From Mytilus edulis (lineage: Eukaryota): a stretch of 64,000 nucleotides of DNA. How positions within the stretch are numbered: the stretch's first letter is position 1; each line of letters begins with the position of its first letter. Both the position numbers and the translations under genes were made by a program. Positions 1-12,783 of this stretch are shown in pieces. The notes beneath the pieces are model-generated. The model searched no databases, was not told where the DNA came from, and was given only the letters and a program-made list of their open reading frames with translations. The stretch covers positions 71,114,001 to 71,178,000 of the forward strand of contig NC_092346.1 in NCBI RefSeq assembly GCF_963676685.1, given 5' to 3'.

Positions 1-460
1 CCTTATCTTTTCGCCTTTGTTAACGCATTATTATTAATATTATTAAATTTGATGCGACTGTCGTACAAGTGAGATGTTTGGTGCTGTAAAACCAGATTCA
101 ATTCACCCTTTTCTACATTATACAGTTTCTGACGAATTCGATGGTGTCAAAAGTCCTTATAAGGGCAATATCCAATGAACAAATAATTGACCTCTTCACC
201 TTATCTTTTCGCCTTTGTTCACGCATCATTATCATTATTATAAAATTTGATGCGACTGTCGTACAAGTGAGAAGTTTAGCGCTGTAAAACCAGATTTAAC
301 CCACCATTTTCTACATTTGAAAATGCCTGTACCAAGTCAGGAATATGCCAGTTGTTGTCCATTTCTTTGATGTGTTTTGTCATTTAATTTTGCCATGTGA
401 TTAGGGACTTTCCGATTGAATTTTCCTCGGAGTTCAGTATTTTTGTGATTTTACTTTTTA
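1..460 (+). repeat. Dispersed ~250-bp repeat (probable 3' end/pseudo-LTR of PLE family B), with a local ~198-bp-offset partial duplication
   Basis: GATGCGACTGTCGTACAAGTGAGA...AAAATGCCTGTACCAAGTCAGGAATATG...TTTGTGATTTTACTTTTT recurs at ~9110-9345, 47624-47760(-), 53915-54150 and 57900-58140; 1-115 repeats at 199-315. Confidence 0.8.
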
Positions 461-1185
461 GACCAGGAAATGAATAGGATTTTGCTTTGCCAAAAAAATC
501 ACAAAAAAGCAGTGAACGCAAATCTATCAGGAGTGGATCCTGGATTTGTTTTTAAAGGATGTTATTCAAGAAAACAACATATCTTGGACGATTTTATTTT
601 TTTAAAATACGCCTTTGATATACTTTGATTATAATTAAGATTGGTTCGGAATCTTCAAACAATACAGTATAAAATTGAGAATGGAAATGGGGAATGTGTC
701 AAAGAGACAACAACCCGACCAAATAAAAAACAACAGCAGAGGGTCACCAACAGGTCTTCAATGTAGCGAGAAATTCCCGCACCCGGAGGCGTCCTTCAGC
801 TGGCCCCTAAACAAATATATACTAGTCCAGTGATAATGAACGCCATACTAATTTCCAAATTGTACACAAGAAACTAAAATTAAAATAATACAAGACTAAC
901 AAAGGCCAGAGGCTCCTGACTTGGGACAGGCGCAAAAATGCGGCGGGGTTAAACATGTTTGTGAGATCTCAACCCTCACCCTATACCTCTAACCAATGTA
1001 GAAAAGTAAACGCATAACAATACGCACATTAAAATTCAGTTAAAGAGAAATCCGAGTCTGATGTCAGAAGATGTAACCAAAGAAAATAAACAAAATGACA
1101 ATAATACATAAATAACAACAGACTACTAGCAGTTAACTGACATGCCAGCTCCAGACTTCAATTAAACTGACTGAAAGATTATGAT

Positions 1186-1259
1186 TTCATCATATGAACA
1201 TCAGGCACAATCCTTCCCGTTAGGGGTTTAGTATCATACCATCATAACATATATGAGAA
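1186..1259 (-). promoter_or_regulatory. SECIS element (form 2) in the PLE 3' UTR
   Basis: Minus strand: ttctcatat-atgtt-ATGA-tggtatgatact-AAA-cccctaacggg-aa-ggattgtgcc-TGA-tgtt-catatgatgaa: helix I, AUGA/GA quartet, ~10-bp helix II, unpaired AAA and apical mini-stem. Confidence 0.8.
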
Positions 1260-1306
1260 GAACATAACCCGTGTCATGCCAACAACTGTTTTTAGAATAA
1301 ATGTGT

Positions 1307-2908
1307 TTAGTTCCGATGCAAAGACCTTATCAGTGACTCAATATTAACGCCAAAATATGCAATCTTTAATGACTTGACAACAGTATCGTAATTATATCCC
1401 TTCTTAATAAGTCTATTCAAAGGTTTTGTAAGTTTCTGAGGTGAATACTGACACCTTTGTGCTTTATAAAGAATATTTCCATTAAAAATTGAATGTGAAA
1501 TACCTGAACGTATTAGAAGTCTGCATGTTGAGCTATATTTACGAATGATGTCTTTATACCGATGATAAAATTTAGTAAATGTTTTGACAAGTTTGTGATA
1601 TCGAAAACCCTTGTGTAATAATTTTTCAGTAATACATAAATTTCTCTCGTTAAAATCTAAAACATTGTTACATACACGAGCGAATCGTACAAGTTGAGAT
1701 ATATAAACACCGTAAGATGGTGACAAGGGAACGTCACCATCTAAAAACGGATAATTAACGATAGGAAATGAGAAATCATCCCTTTTATCATAAATTTTAG
1801 TATTCAGCTTTCCATTTGTGATATAGATATCAAGATCGAGAAAAGGGCAGTGGTCATTGTTAGTATTAGCTTTATTTAAAGTAAGTTCAACAGGATAAAT
1901 TTCATTAATATACATACTGAAGTCGTCATTATTGAGAGCCAAAATATCATCCAAATATCTAAAAGTATTATTAAATTTGTTTATCAGATGTTGTTTCGAT
2001 GGGTCTTTGCTTATTTTTGTCATAAATTGTAACTCATAACAATACAAAAACAGGTCCGCAATAAGTGATGCACAGTTAGTCCCCATTGGAATTCCGATAA
2101 TCTGACGATATACGGAATCCCCAAAGCGAACAAAAATGTTATCTAGTAAACATTCAAAGGCATATATAGTATCAAAGCATGTCCAATTAACATAGTTTTT
2201 TTGTTTATTGCTACTAAAAAATTACCTAAAAGAGTTTGAACATATATATTCACATTCTGATTTTTTGAATGCCCATTTAATTAGGTGTGTGAATTTTTTC
2301 TTAATGAGAATGTGAGGCAATGTGGTATACAGGGTAGAAAAATCAAAACTTTGAACAGATTCAAAATCACCAATATAAGCATGCAATTTATCAAGTACTT
2401 CCAACGAGTTCTTGACACTCCAAAAGTAATATATTCCACTATTTTCGAAGGCCTTATTTGAACAATTTATTATCAGGTTTTTAATTGTACCAAGTGTGCT
2501 GGTAAGAAGAATAGACAATTTAGTAGTTGAACAATGGTTTGAAGACGAAATAAATCTATATTTGTAAGGGGTTTTGTGTAGCTTCGGAAGCCAATACATA
2601 GTTGGGACTTTCATTGTATTTGGCTCTGCTTGTAAAGCGGTGGCTAAAAGTTTATGTTTGTTACAGATTTCGTTTTCTGAAAATGGAGTCAGTTGGAATG
2701 TTGGTGAATTGGTGATTTCCTTTTTCAGAACCTCAATGTAAAATTTACGTCAAACAATAATAAAATTATTAGCAGCTTTATCTGCCGGGACAAAAACAAA
2801 TTCCTTGGCTAGTTCTTTTAGTTTATCTTTGATACGAGAAATAGGTTTATAGTGGTTATTGTTTATAGTAAAATGTTCTTTAAAATGTTGAATACGTATA
2901 TCAACTAT
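1307..2908 (-). pseudogene. PLE reverse transcriptase frame (534 codons) interrupted only by TGA at 2750-2752 (candidate Sec) and TAA at 2222-2224
   Basis: ORFs 2222..2614 and 1307..2086 share a frame; manual translation is open from 2908 to 1307 apart from these two codons. Confidence 0.88.
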
Positions 2909-4879
2909 CTAAACTAAACTCATAAACTGTATAATTAATAGGTTTAATTTTGGTACTATATTTGTAAAATAATGTTAAAATCATTTTGTTAAACTGTTTA
3001 TCTTGCTTTTTTCTTTGGTGCCTTTTTTAATTGAAATTGGTTTCTTTACGATGTCAACTAAAGACATTTGTTGTTGAAAGGTTCAGAAGATAAGAAAATA
3101 GGAATTCCCTGATTAAAAATAAACTATTTGTAACTTTTCGCTTAGTTTATAGTTTTTTTCATAAATAAATTCTATTTTATTTAGACATAAGTCAGGATAT
3201 GAAACAATAATATGTGTCTGTATTATTATTTGATTCTAGTAAAAACGATCAGATGCAGTCAACATAGTCACCAAACTTTTAATTGACTAGCGAAAAAAAA
3301 CACCGTAATATCGGGTTGTGAGATTAAAGGTTAAATTATTGTCAGTTATATTTTGTTTTCTAAAAAAAGTTCTATTGTGAACAATAACGTTCCCTTGGAG
3401 TTTAAGTTAATGCACGATAATGAAAAAAGACGTTAACATAAATAAACAACTAAAAACAAATAGCCATACGTAGTTTTGTTTGCAAGTCAAGACCTACAAG
3501 AGACCATATTATACATACTAATGTTCATATAAAATGCGCAAAACTGAGAGAAAAGCGCATCTGAGGCTCATCCGCGGCTATGGTTTGCTGGTCTTAATGT
3601 GCATTTCCCTTAAAATTATAAAACAGTGAAAGGAAGCTTAGTTAGGTGGATAATACTGTTGTTTATGAAACAATGTTGCGCCTATCAGTCGTCGATGTTT
3701 AGTTAATAAACGGATATAATTATACATATCCACTGTAAATATACCTCTCAATATACTCTTGTTATTGGTTGCTTGCTATTTTATCCAATGAAGAAAAACA
3801 AAATAAAGACAAACAGTTAAGTTCTCAAAAGAACTTCTCTGCACTTTACGTCACAATTATCCTTAGTTTGAACAAATCATAGTTTGTTAAAACAAAACAC
3901 GTTAATTCCAACAAACAGTTCACCACCATCAAAAAAACTTTTTTTTTGGTAGTTTGATACTTTTTTGGTGAATATGCTATTCATCAGATAAGGCAACACG
4001 CTATATTACTTTTCACCTAAACTTATTCCTTTTGGCAATTAAATATGCGGAAGGTGTCATACATTTCCTCTCTGTAAGAAATACATATAGAACACACAAA
4101 GAAAGCAACAGAAGGCTTGAATGAGAACTAAACTTGACTATAAAAACATAATGACTTGGATTGTTCCATTTTGAAAATTTAATTTGTATAGCAACTTTCT
4201 AACAGCACCGGTGCTCTTTTCTTAAATATGACCTGGCTATCCCCCAAATAATACAACATACAGTGTACCAGGATGTGTGTTGTAGCTTCTTTACTTATAT
4301 TTTTATTTGTTATGTTTATTAGTCACCATCAGCTCCTTATTAACATCTAGATTCATCTAAATATATGTGTCGTTCCACTCTGATTTTTTTTTTTGTTCAT
4401 GACTTTTCGGCGGATAAGACTTTTTCAAATATTAATTGTTACCATGGACAACACTATTGAAGAGGGAACAACTAACCATTGTTCTGCAGTACGTGCATTA
4501 AAATCAGGTTTATTATCAGGATCTTACGTAGCATAAAAAACAGTAATATCAAACTGTAATCACTTAAGGACTCATCATATTGCTTTTCTTTTGGTCTTCG
4601 TGTTGTCTTTCCTTTACGACTTACATGACGTGATAGGTCCGTTCTTTTTTTAATTTTAAATGAATATGTGATAATCAGTCTATCTTAGTAAATATTATCA
4701 CTAGTAAGGGACTTTCCTTTTTGAATTTTCATCGGAGTTCAGTATTTTTGTGATTATACTTTTAACTGTTATTGTCAGACATTCAGTTCGGAAAAACAAA
4801 TCTTAACGGGCTTTGGGAACATCAAACAATCACCAATTAACGCCTTTCACCCTTAATTAAATTGAGTGTTTACAAATTT

Positions 4880-5102
4880 TTTAATTTTTTGAATTACTAA
4901 GGCTTTTCTACCTCAGGCATAGATCACCTTAGCTGTATTGGCAAAACTTTTAGGAATTTTGGTCCTCAATGCTCTACAACTTCGTACTTTATTTGGCCTT
5001 TTTAACTTTTTTGGATTCGAGCGTCACTGATGAGTCTTTTGTAGACGAAACGCGCGTCTTGCGTATATACTAAATTTAGTCCTGGTATCTATGATGAGTT
5101 TA
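4880..5102 (+). mobile_element. Retrozyme-like monomer fragment carrying a minimal type I hammerhead
   Basis: Related copies at ~45985-46160, 46600-46915 and 56143-56345; contains the hammerhead core. Confidence 0.75.
5021..5064 (+). ncRNA. Minimal type I hammerhead ribozyme
   Basis: gcgtca-CTGATGA-gtc-ttttgta-gac-GAAA-cgcgcg-TC-ttgcg; palindromic stem III (ACGCGCGT); one mismatch in stem I. Confidence 0.8.
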
Positions 5103-7026
5103 TTTTTTATCAAAATAATATACAATGTTATAATAAGTGACTTCCTTTATGATAAGTTAAAACTAAAAAAAATATAGCTGTACCTTTTCACATCCTGAAC
5201 TAGTGTTATAGTAAAAGTGACAATCATTTCCAAAAGCAGACATCAGTCCTTAATGCATGTATTAAATGATAGCATTCGAATACATATGCATATAAATAAG
5301 TAGTTAGACAGATAACCACATAAACGCTTATAAATTCTTACACGAAACTGTGCCGATCGATAAGTCGAACTCTACATTGTAAATCCCCGGATATAAAAAA
5401 AATTATGTAAGTGTGTATATTTTTGTCACTATCAACTACATACCTTTTTGAAACAATAAGAATTCAAGTTTCGCTTTCAATTTAAAAATCAATTGATTCC
5501 AAGTTGAAAAGTGTATCAAAAAGGTTCATCTTATTTTCGAGAGAGATTGATGCTGCTAATTCATACGAATTTGGTCTACACTGGGACTTTTACATTAATA
5601 TATAATATCGTAGGTCTACTTAATGGCTTCCACCCAACATAAAAAAAAATCTTTTAAAACACAATACCTGTAGCTAAATCAGGTATTATGCGTTCTTATC
5701 AAACAAAACTAGAAGCAACGAGGACAGTTTTTGGAGATTTTCTTGAAATTCGTCAAAAAGGCAATTTCTAATGCACAAATGATTGACTTCGTGACCATAT
5801 ATATTCGTCTGTAAACCAAGTTATGATTGAGATATCGCTTTACAAAACAATCACAATAAGCAGTGATAAAAAAAATAAAGGAGGCAGATCCAAGTTTTTT
5901 AAAGACCGCATAATTGCAGACACCTAAAAATAATTTTGACGATTTGATGGAAAAAAATAAACCGATTATATATGCCCTGTATACATTTACCTTTGACTCC
6001 TCTTTTGACTACTGTATTTTATCAAACTGTGAACTTTGGAACAAACATTATTCATTGGACATACTTGGATTATAAACTTACAAATCATTTGAAATCAACA
6101 AACTATAGAGTATATATTTGTAGTATCTGACTGCAGGTTTAACTTTTGTATATTTGTAAAATAAGGAAAGAATTGTTTTTTTTCAAATGTTTATTTCTAT
6201 CTTTTCTGTGATGGTGTTAATTGAGTCGTACACTCATTTTCCCTTATACAAATAGTTTTTTTTTCACGTTGTCATCTCAAGTCATTGGTATTTGTAAGTT
6301 AACAAAATGTAATTAGGGAATTACTGAATATAAATAAACGACTTGTACATTTTAATAACGCAGTTTTTTGTATTTTTCACAAGTAAATGATATAATATTA
6401 CTAGTATAGACTTGAATTAGGATATGCTGTAAATTTAAGACGTAACCGTCGTGTGAATCTAATAATGATGTATTTCCAATTGTGTACAAGTGGTAAAAAA
6501 TAGATTCTTATACCGATCGAGACATGTCATTAGAGAAACTTTTTCTTGGCAATGGACCACTACAAACAATGTTATTTTAAAATTTTATCCGTATATTTCT
6601 ATCGAAGATTGGGTACAGGTGCTAAGAATTACTAGTTAATTGAGTTCTAAACAACAGAATCAGTTTAAGCATAGTATTACTATGATAATTTTGATAGCAA
6701 TTATTTAAGAGCAAAAATAACTGAAAAAAGTGGAGATAAAACACTATAAAAATATTTGTTTTTGAACTATTAGATAAATAAACCAATTGAAAAGTGGAAT
6801 GTATGTTAAAATATCCTACATCTGTGAAGTGTAAACCTAAGTGCAAAGTTGACCTTAGCCAACAAATTTGCTGCAATGCTATTCTGTACTTAAATTTGAT
6901 AATAAACTCAAAATCAAATATACAGTAAACTCAAAGAAAATGAATATGAATTGTGAGCCTAGAACTGTTACATTGTCTCAGAATACATTCCATCATTGCT
7001 GACTAAAAATGAGTTATGTGGCACAT

Positions 7027-8370
7027 AAAAGGCTCTCAAGAGCCCGAATTGCTCATCTGTAATATTTTGCTTAAATCTTTCATCAATGATTATTTTTGCT
7101 TTACAACATATATTAAGGAGTGGCATAATGTCATTGTAACTAACTTTGTATTTGTTATATTTTCCCTAAAAGCCAAAGAATGCATTTCACCCTACCCCTA
7201 TCTTTCATTTTAGCAAAAATGGCTACGTTTCTTGAAGTACAGGGAAACTAAATACAAAATTTATACTAGATACCATGGAACTCATTCAGCCTAAGTTTGG
7301 CTGAGATTGATTCATCAGTTTCAAAGTAGATGATATTTTTTAAACTAAGCAAACTAGATGACCAAATTGTGACATATTGTCTTAAAAATGCTATAACTCC
7401 TTAAAGGGTCTATTGACAATTTTGATTTTATCAAACTTACTTGTAGATCTTACTTTGCTGAACATTTTTGCTGTTTACAGTTTATCTGTATCTATAATAA
7501 TATTCAAAATAATAACTGTAAAACTGCAAAATTCATAAAATTTACCAATTTACTAGCAGGAACAAAACAATGGGTTGTTAGATTCATCTGAAAGATTCAG
7601 TGCTGAAAGAACATGACCACATAAACCATTTTAAAGCATGTCACATTTGCTTTAGATCTAAATGCTTTAGTTCTTGAGATATAAGCTAAAAACTGCATTT
7701 TACCCCTTTGTTCTATATTTAGCTATGGCGGCCATGTTTTTTGAAGAAACAGAAAATAAAACACAAACTTTGTTCTGGATATATCAAGGATCATAGAGCT
7801 TTAGTTTGTTTTTTTCAGAGTCGAGGATTTTTTAAAGTTAGAAAACATGATAAACAAATTGTGTAAAATTGTCCTTAAAGGGCAATAACTCCCTGAGGGG
7901 TCAATTGACAACTTTGGTCATATAACTTATCTGTAGATCTTACCTTATCTATAATAATATTCAAGATGATAACCAAAAACTGCAAAAATTTCTTTAAAAT
8001 TTACAAATATAGTGGTAGCAACCCAATAATTGGTTATCAGATTCTGAAAATTTAAGGCCTGACAGAACTTGACCTAATAAATACTTTAACTCCAGATAGA
8101 TTTGCTTTAAATGCTTTAGTTTTTGATATATTTTTTAGCATTTTACCCGCTATGTTTTATTTTTAGCCATGGCAGCAATATTTATTTTCAAAAACAGAAA
8201 ATAAAACACAAAATTTATTCTATATATCCTAAGGATCCTTCAACTAAAGTTTGGTTGGAATTTGTCAGTAGTTTCAAAGAAGATATTTGAAATAGTTTAC
8301 TCCGGACGGACGGCAACAGACACCAAGAGAGATGGCAAATGCTCATATTTCACTCGGAAAGTGAGCTTAA
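7027..8370 (-). mobile_element. Degenerate Helentron-associated/pearl-like non-autonomous element with internal duplication
   Basis: Terminal hairpin GGCTCTCAAGAGCC, GGAC microsatellite remnant at ~8303, GCTCA...TGAGC hairpin; similar to 25163-25976. Confidence 0.65.
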
Positions 8371-8675
8371 AATGATGGGTTTTTTCATAGGAAGTGAATT
8401 TTTGTTAAGCTACAAAAAAACTGAAGTAGTAAATTATTGTTGATACGAAATCAACTAAATGACAAAAGTAGCAAAAAGAAAATTCCTGAACAACAATTAC
8501 TTAAATACTTCTCCTGTCAACAACTGCTGGTATGCAATCAAAAGAAAATGTATCTATTACACAGCATATGATGCATATCATACACCAAACACCTGTAGTA
8601 TGTACTTCTTCTTGTGTACACATAATTCAAAATAAACTTCAACTACATAAACATAATCAAGTTGTCAATCATTTT

Positions 8676-9345
8676 AATAACGTGTTATAATAATTTTTTT
8701 TATATGCCTTTATGAACATTACTTTTACTGTTCAGTCTGGTTTTTGATGAAATCAATTTGGCATGGCTCTGTACTTATACATCCAATCCTCGTGTTATTG
8801 TTCTATAATATTATTTGTATTCTTGTCTTTCATTTTTGATAATGTGTTTTTTTTATATGCCTTTTTGTGTTACTTTTTAACATATAAAGCGGCTCTGTAC
8901 TTTTACATCCCATCATTTAGTTATTGTTCTATGAATTTTGTATTCTTGTTGTTCATTTTTGCTTATGTGCTTTGTCTTTATGCCTTTTTGTGCTTCGGTT
9001 ACATTTTTGTTTGTTTTTATATTGATTAAGATTATAAGACATTGTTGAAAGCTGTACCCCTAAATGTGACATTTTTTACCTATTATGTCTGTTTGTTTTG
9101 TTCACACATTGTTGTCAATATAATGGAAAAAGATGTGACTGTCATACAAGCGAGAGGTTTAGCTAGCTGTAAAACCAAGTTTAATCCACCATTTTCTACA
9201 TAAGAAAATGCCTGTACCAAGTCAGGAATATGACAATTGTTATCTATTCGATTGATGTGCTTGAACTTTTAATTTTGCAATTTGATCAGGGACTTTCTGT
9301 TTTGAATTTTACTCTGAGTTCAGTTTTTTTGTGATTTTACTTTTT
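8676..9345 (+). mobile_element. 3' UTR/pseudo-LTR of PLE family B (solo, ORF-less)
   Basis: 8676-8835 matches the sequence following the RT stop at ~63330-63490 and continues into the common 250-bp repeat. Confidence 0.65.
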
Positions 9346-11334
9346 ATGTGACACTTATTTCCATATGACTTGATAAAAATATATAACAACTGTACAAACT
9401 GTTCATTGCCTGTATTGCCACTGTAGGAAAAAGAAAGGCAATAAATGTACTAGTATTTCACCATCTAAAACTTTAATGTCAAATAATAAAACGACAAAAA
9501 GTGTATTATCAAGTAAAAACTTTTCATTAAATAAAGGCAACAGTATTATACCGCTGTTCAAAACTCGTAAATTGATGGACAAAAAACAAGATCGGGTAAC
9601 AAACTAAAACTGAGGGAAACGAATTAAATATAAGAGGAGAACAATGACACAACATTAAAATGTAACACAGTTTTATAAACCACATAAAGTTTATGATTGA
9701 TAAATAATCAGACTACATAATTCTTAACATGCATCTATAGGCAAATAAAAATTGTATTTTATCAAAATGATTCACTACCATTTCTAACAAATTTGCTAAA
9801 AATTGAAAGTCAAATATATCAAAATATGTGGTATTTAATTTAAAAGTAATGTTTGTAGCTTACACTGAATGATAATTGTGTAGTGACTGCAATGATATTG
9901 TCTCTCTAACCTATCAAATATTTTATATTTAACCTTTTTTCATGTAATAGTGTATATTTAAATTACTGGTTATCTATCTTAACGAAGATTATGTTGTTCA
10001 GCCTTTTGGTGAGAGACTTTTCTACTCCAGAATAACATCTTACACAAAGTTATCAAATTGTTATTCACTAAAAACTTGCATGCATAATTTATAAAGGTAG
10101 ACAAAGGCTAAAATGTTTGCTAAAGTTATGTACCTTAATGCAATTGTATTTTAAGAAACTAAATAAAAAACGATAGGGGAAATAAAATTAATTTTAACCA
10201 GATTTGTCTATTGGTTAAATTATAAACATTATTTTATTTTATTCCAGAAGTCAATGAAACATAGGGAAACAAGTCACTGACAGCATCATCTGACTGGCTG
10301 AGGAAAACCAATTAAAAACAGTCAAAATATATCTAAAAAACAAAAAAACTTTTGAAAAAACATTTTTCATTTTAAATCAAACATTTACACTATAGGTAAT
10401 TATCATTATGTATTCTTATTCTCTGTGCTTAAAGAAAGTAAAATTGATACAAATTAACAAATGAAAAACCCAATGTATATGATACTCTCATCCATATGTT
10501 GATTTAAAATGAACTTCAAACTGCATTAAAAACAACAAATAAAATTACAAAATAAGCTAAATAGTATAAACTAACTTATAATTAGAACTAATCTATCTTT
10601 TCTTTGACTTCAGATTTTAAAACACAAATGGTTTTTGATCTACAAAAATCATTAGTTAAGAATCAAATAAATCATTACAATCCTATGATATCAACTAGTA
10701 TTTTTTGTATAAAACAAACATTATTGTTTTTTTTTAATGTAAGATATACTAAACATACGATTATAATAATATAGGTCATAATAAATGTATAAATGATTGT
10801 TCTTCAGTCATTTTTAACATGAATGCCTACTTATAACTTAAATTAACTTTGATATCTTAGGACAAAAAAAAATCATATTATCTTTCAACTGCATGCATAG
10901 GTTAATTTCTTATCATAGTTAAAATTTATAAAAAATAATCAAGACCAATGGGAATCACATCAATTTAATGCAGTACACTAGGTTTTTGCAATATAGAACT
11001 TGTTGATATCATAAAATTAAAGTACAGATTTCTCATATAAATTTTCATAAATGCTACCTAACGACTTATATTCAAACTGGTATCTGATCGATCATTGATT
11101 ATTTTTGGGTCCCTCTGTAATAATAAAAACAATTCATAATATTCATAGCTAGGTATATTTTAACAAAAGATGTGCTCTTGATTATATGATACATCAAAAC
11201 AAATGACCAATACTCTTCTAAAAAACAATTACAGCTTGTTGTAACTAAAACAGTTCCATAAAATGATTAATACAGCTGCCTTTAAATAGTTTCTCATCTT
11301 ATATTGAAGATAAAACATGGTCGGTTTTATTAGT

Positions 11335-12783
11335 TTATTCCACATCCATATCTGGTTCTTGATAGAGAGGTAAGTCCTTTGGTTTGTAATCTTCATCATC
11401 AGCTGTAGAACCATCATCATTCTCTTGTGAATCATCTGTCTTTTCGTCATCATCGGTATTGTCTTGTGAATCATCTGTCTTTTCGTCATCTTCATCACTC
11501 TCATCACTGTCTATGTAAACCCATGGTTGGAAGTTTTTTTGGTGCATCTGCTCCAATAACGCTGCCTCTTCTCTCAATTTGTTGAACAAACTGATTCTTT
11601 TATCCCATCCATATTTTCTCTCACTTTTCTCACTTTCAATCAGAAGATCAATATAATCTTTATCACTGAGTGGATTTGGTCTTAGAGCAATGTCATGTAA
11701 CTTATTGATGAGGAGACGGACCTCGTGAACCATCTTCATTACATCTAAACCAAGAGTTGAAAAAGCTGTTTTCACTTTTCCAAGAACAGATTTATGTTTT
11801 TCTGCTTCTTTCTGAGCGACTTCATACTTTTTCTTTAGTTCATCATAAGTCTTCGTGACTTTCATGGTGTAAGTGTCAAATCTGAATGAATTATTTTTGT
11901 GAATATTCCAGTGACAGTGCATTGGACATATGGTACACTTTTCACCATCAATGGCGGCACAGTTTTGTTTGTTTTTGTCGTCAGGAATGCCACATGGGAA
12001 ATGACATGTTCTGTTACATGCCATACAGTTAGTAACATAAACTCCAGGTTCAAGGTCAATCTGATACATGTGAACCTCGTCCACTTCATATGTAAAATCC
12101 TTCTTTGCCTTTATATCCTCCTTATGCCTCTTTAGAATTTCTTTTTCCTGTTTTATAGTATTGAGTTTATTCATACCATCCGCAATCTGCTTCTGTAACC
12201 CTTGAATAGTAGTCTCAAGTCTCTTTCTTAGCTGTAATACTTCTGATGTTAGCAATAAACTTTTAGATTCCACTGTTCTCAACTCATCAAAGAAAGTTTT
12301 GAAGCTTTCTCTTCCCATTTTCCAAAATAAATTTCCCATTTCTGCTTCAGCTTGGTTTTCAGGTGATGCATATAATGCTGAATTATTAAACTTATAAGAT
12401 TTTTGATAAGGCACATTAGCTGCCTTCAAGGCTGCCCTAACTGGTGGTTCATTGGCATCTGCAAATGTTATTAGAACAAAAATATTAGATTTAATATCCT
12501 GACCGAAAACAGATAAGATCTGATCAAATATGTACCTCTGTGGTGGAGTGAGTTTACCAAGAGGGGCTTGTGTAACAAAACACACTGCATCAAGACATGT
12601 AATCCCCTGACGTCCAGGTGTGGTGAAAAATTCTCTGATCTGATCAACTATTCTCTTGTCACGTGGTATACCCCTAGTATCACCAAATCCAGGAGTATCT
12701 ATGATGTTTAGGGTATAATCTATGGTACTACCTTCCATCTTGTTAATTGTATAACATGTGATCCATTCTGTTTGAGATTCAGA
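11335..12783 (-). CDS. Terminal exon: GTPase G2/G3 region (SQT, IIDTPGFGDT, LITFAD, FNNS), Cys/His cluster, coiled coil, acidic tail
   Basis: 467-aa ORF extended to the acceptor at 12784-12785; CMACNRTCHFPC...C...CTICPMHCHWNIH. Confidence 0.93.
   Translation of the reverse strand, partial: SESQTEWITCYTINKMEGSTIDYTLNIIDTPGFGDTRGIPRDKRIVDQIREFFTTPGRQGITCLDAVCFVTQAPLGKLTPPQRYIFDQILSVFGQDIKSNIFVLITFADANEPPVRAALKAANVPYQKSYKFNNSALYASPENQAEAEMGNLFWKMGRESFKTFFDELRTVESKSLLLTSEVLQLRKRLETTIQGLQKQIADGMNKLNTIKQEKEILKRHKEDIKAKKDFTYEVDEVHMYQIDLEPGVYVTNCMACNRTCHFPCGIPDDKNKQNCAAIDGEKCTICPMHCHWNIHKNNSFRFDTYTMKVTKTYDELKKKYEVAQKEAEKHKSVLGKVKTAFSTLGLDVMKMVHEVRLLINKLHDIALRPNPLSDKDYIDLLIESEKSERKYGWDKRISLFNKLREEAALLEQMHQKNFQPWVYIDSDESDEDDEKTDDSQDNTDDDEKTDDSQENDDGSTADDEDYKPKDLPLYQEPDMDVE

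Larger units (their letters stand above)
670..2910 (-). mobile_element. Penelope-like retroelement, Naiad-type (family A), 5'-truncated, with 3' UTR/pseudo-LTR
   Basis: RT motifs VPADKAANN, YWLPKLHK, FDFSTLYT, GIPMGTNC, FRYLDD, YDKRDDF, YGVYISQLVRFAR; ORF stops after the RT thumb with no C-terminal GIY-YIG; 670-1306 nearly identical to 48048-48685. Confidence 0.9.

Noticed and set aside
2222-2224. TAA as a programmed readthrough site
   Set aside because: Best explained as a single TCA-to-TAA inactivating mutation; not a Sec codon
11229-12135. Overlapping alternative-frame and antisense ORFs (also 16784-17257, 22800-23219, 42842-43051)
   Set aside because: Shadows of real coding exons
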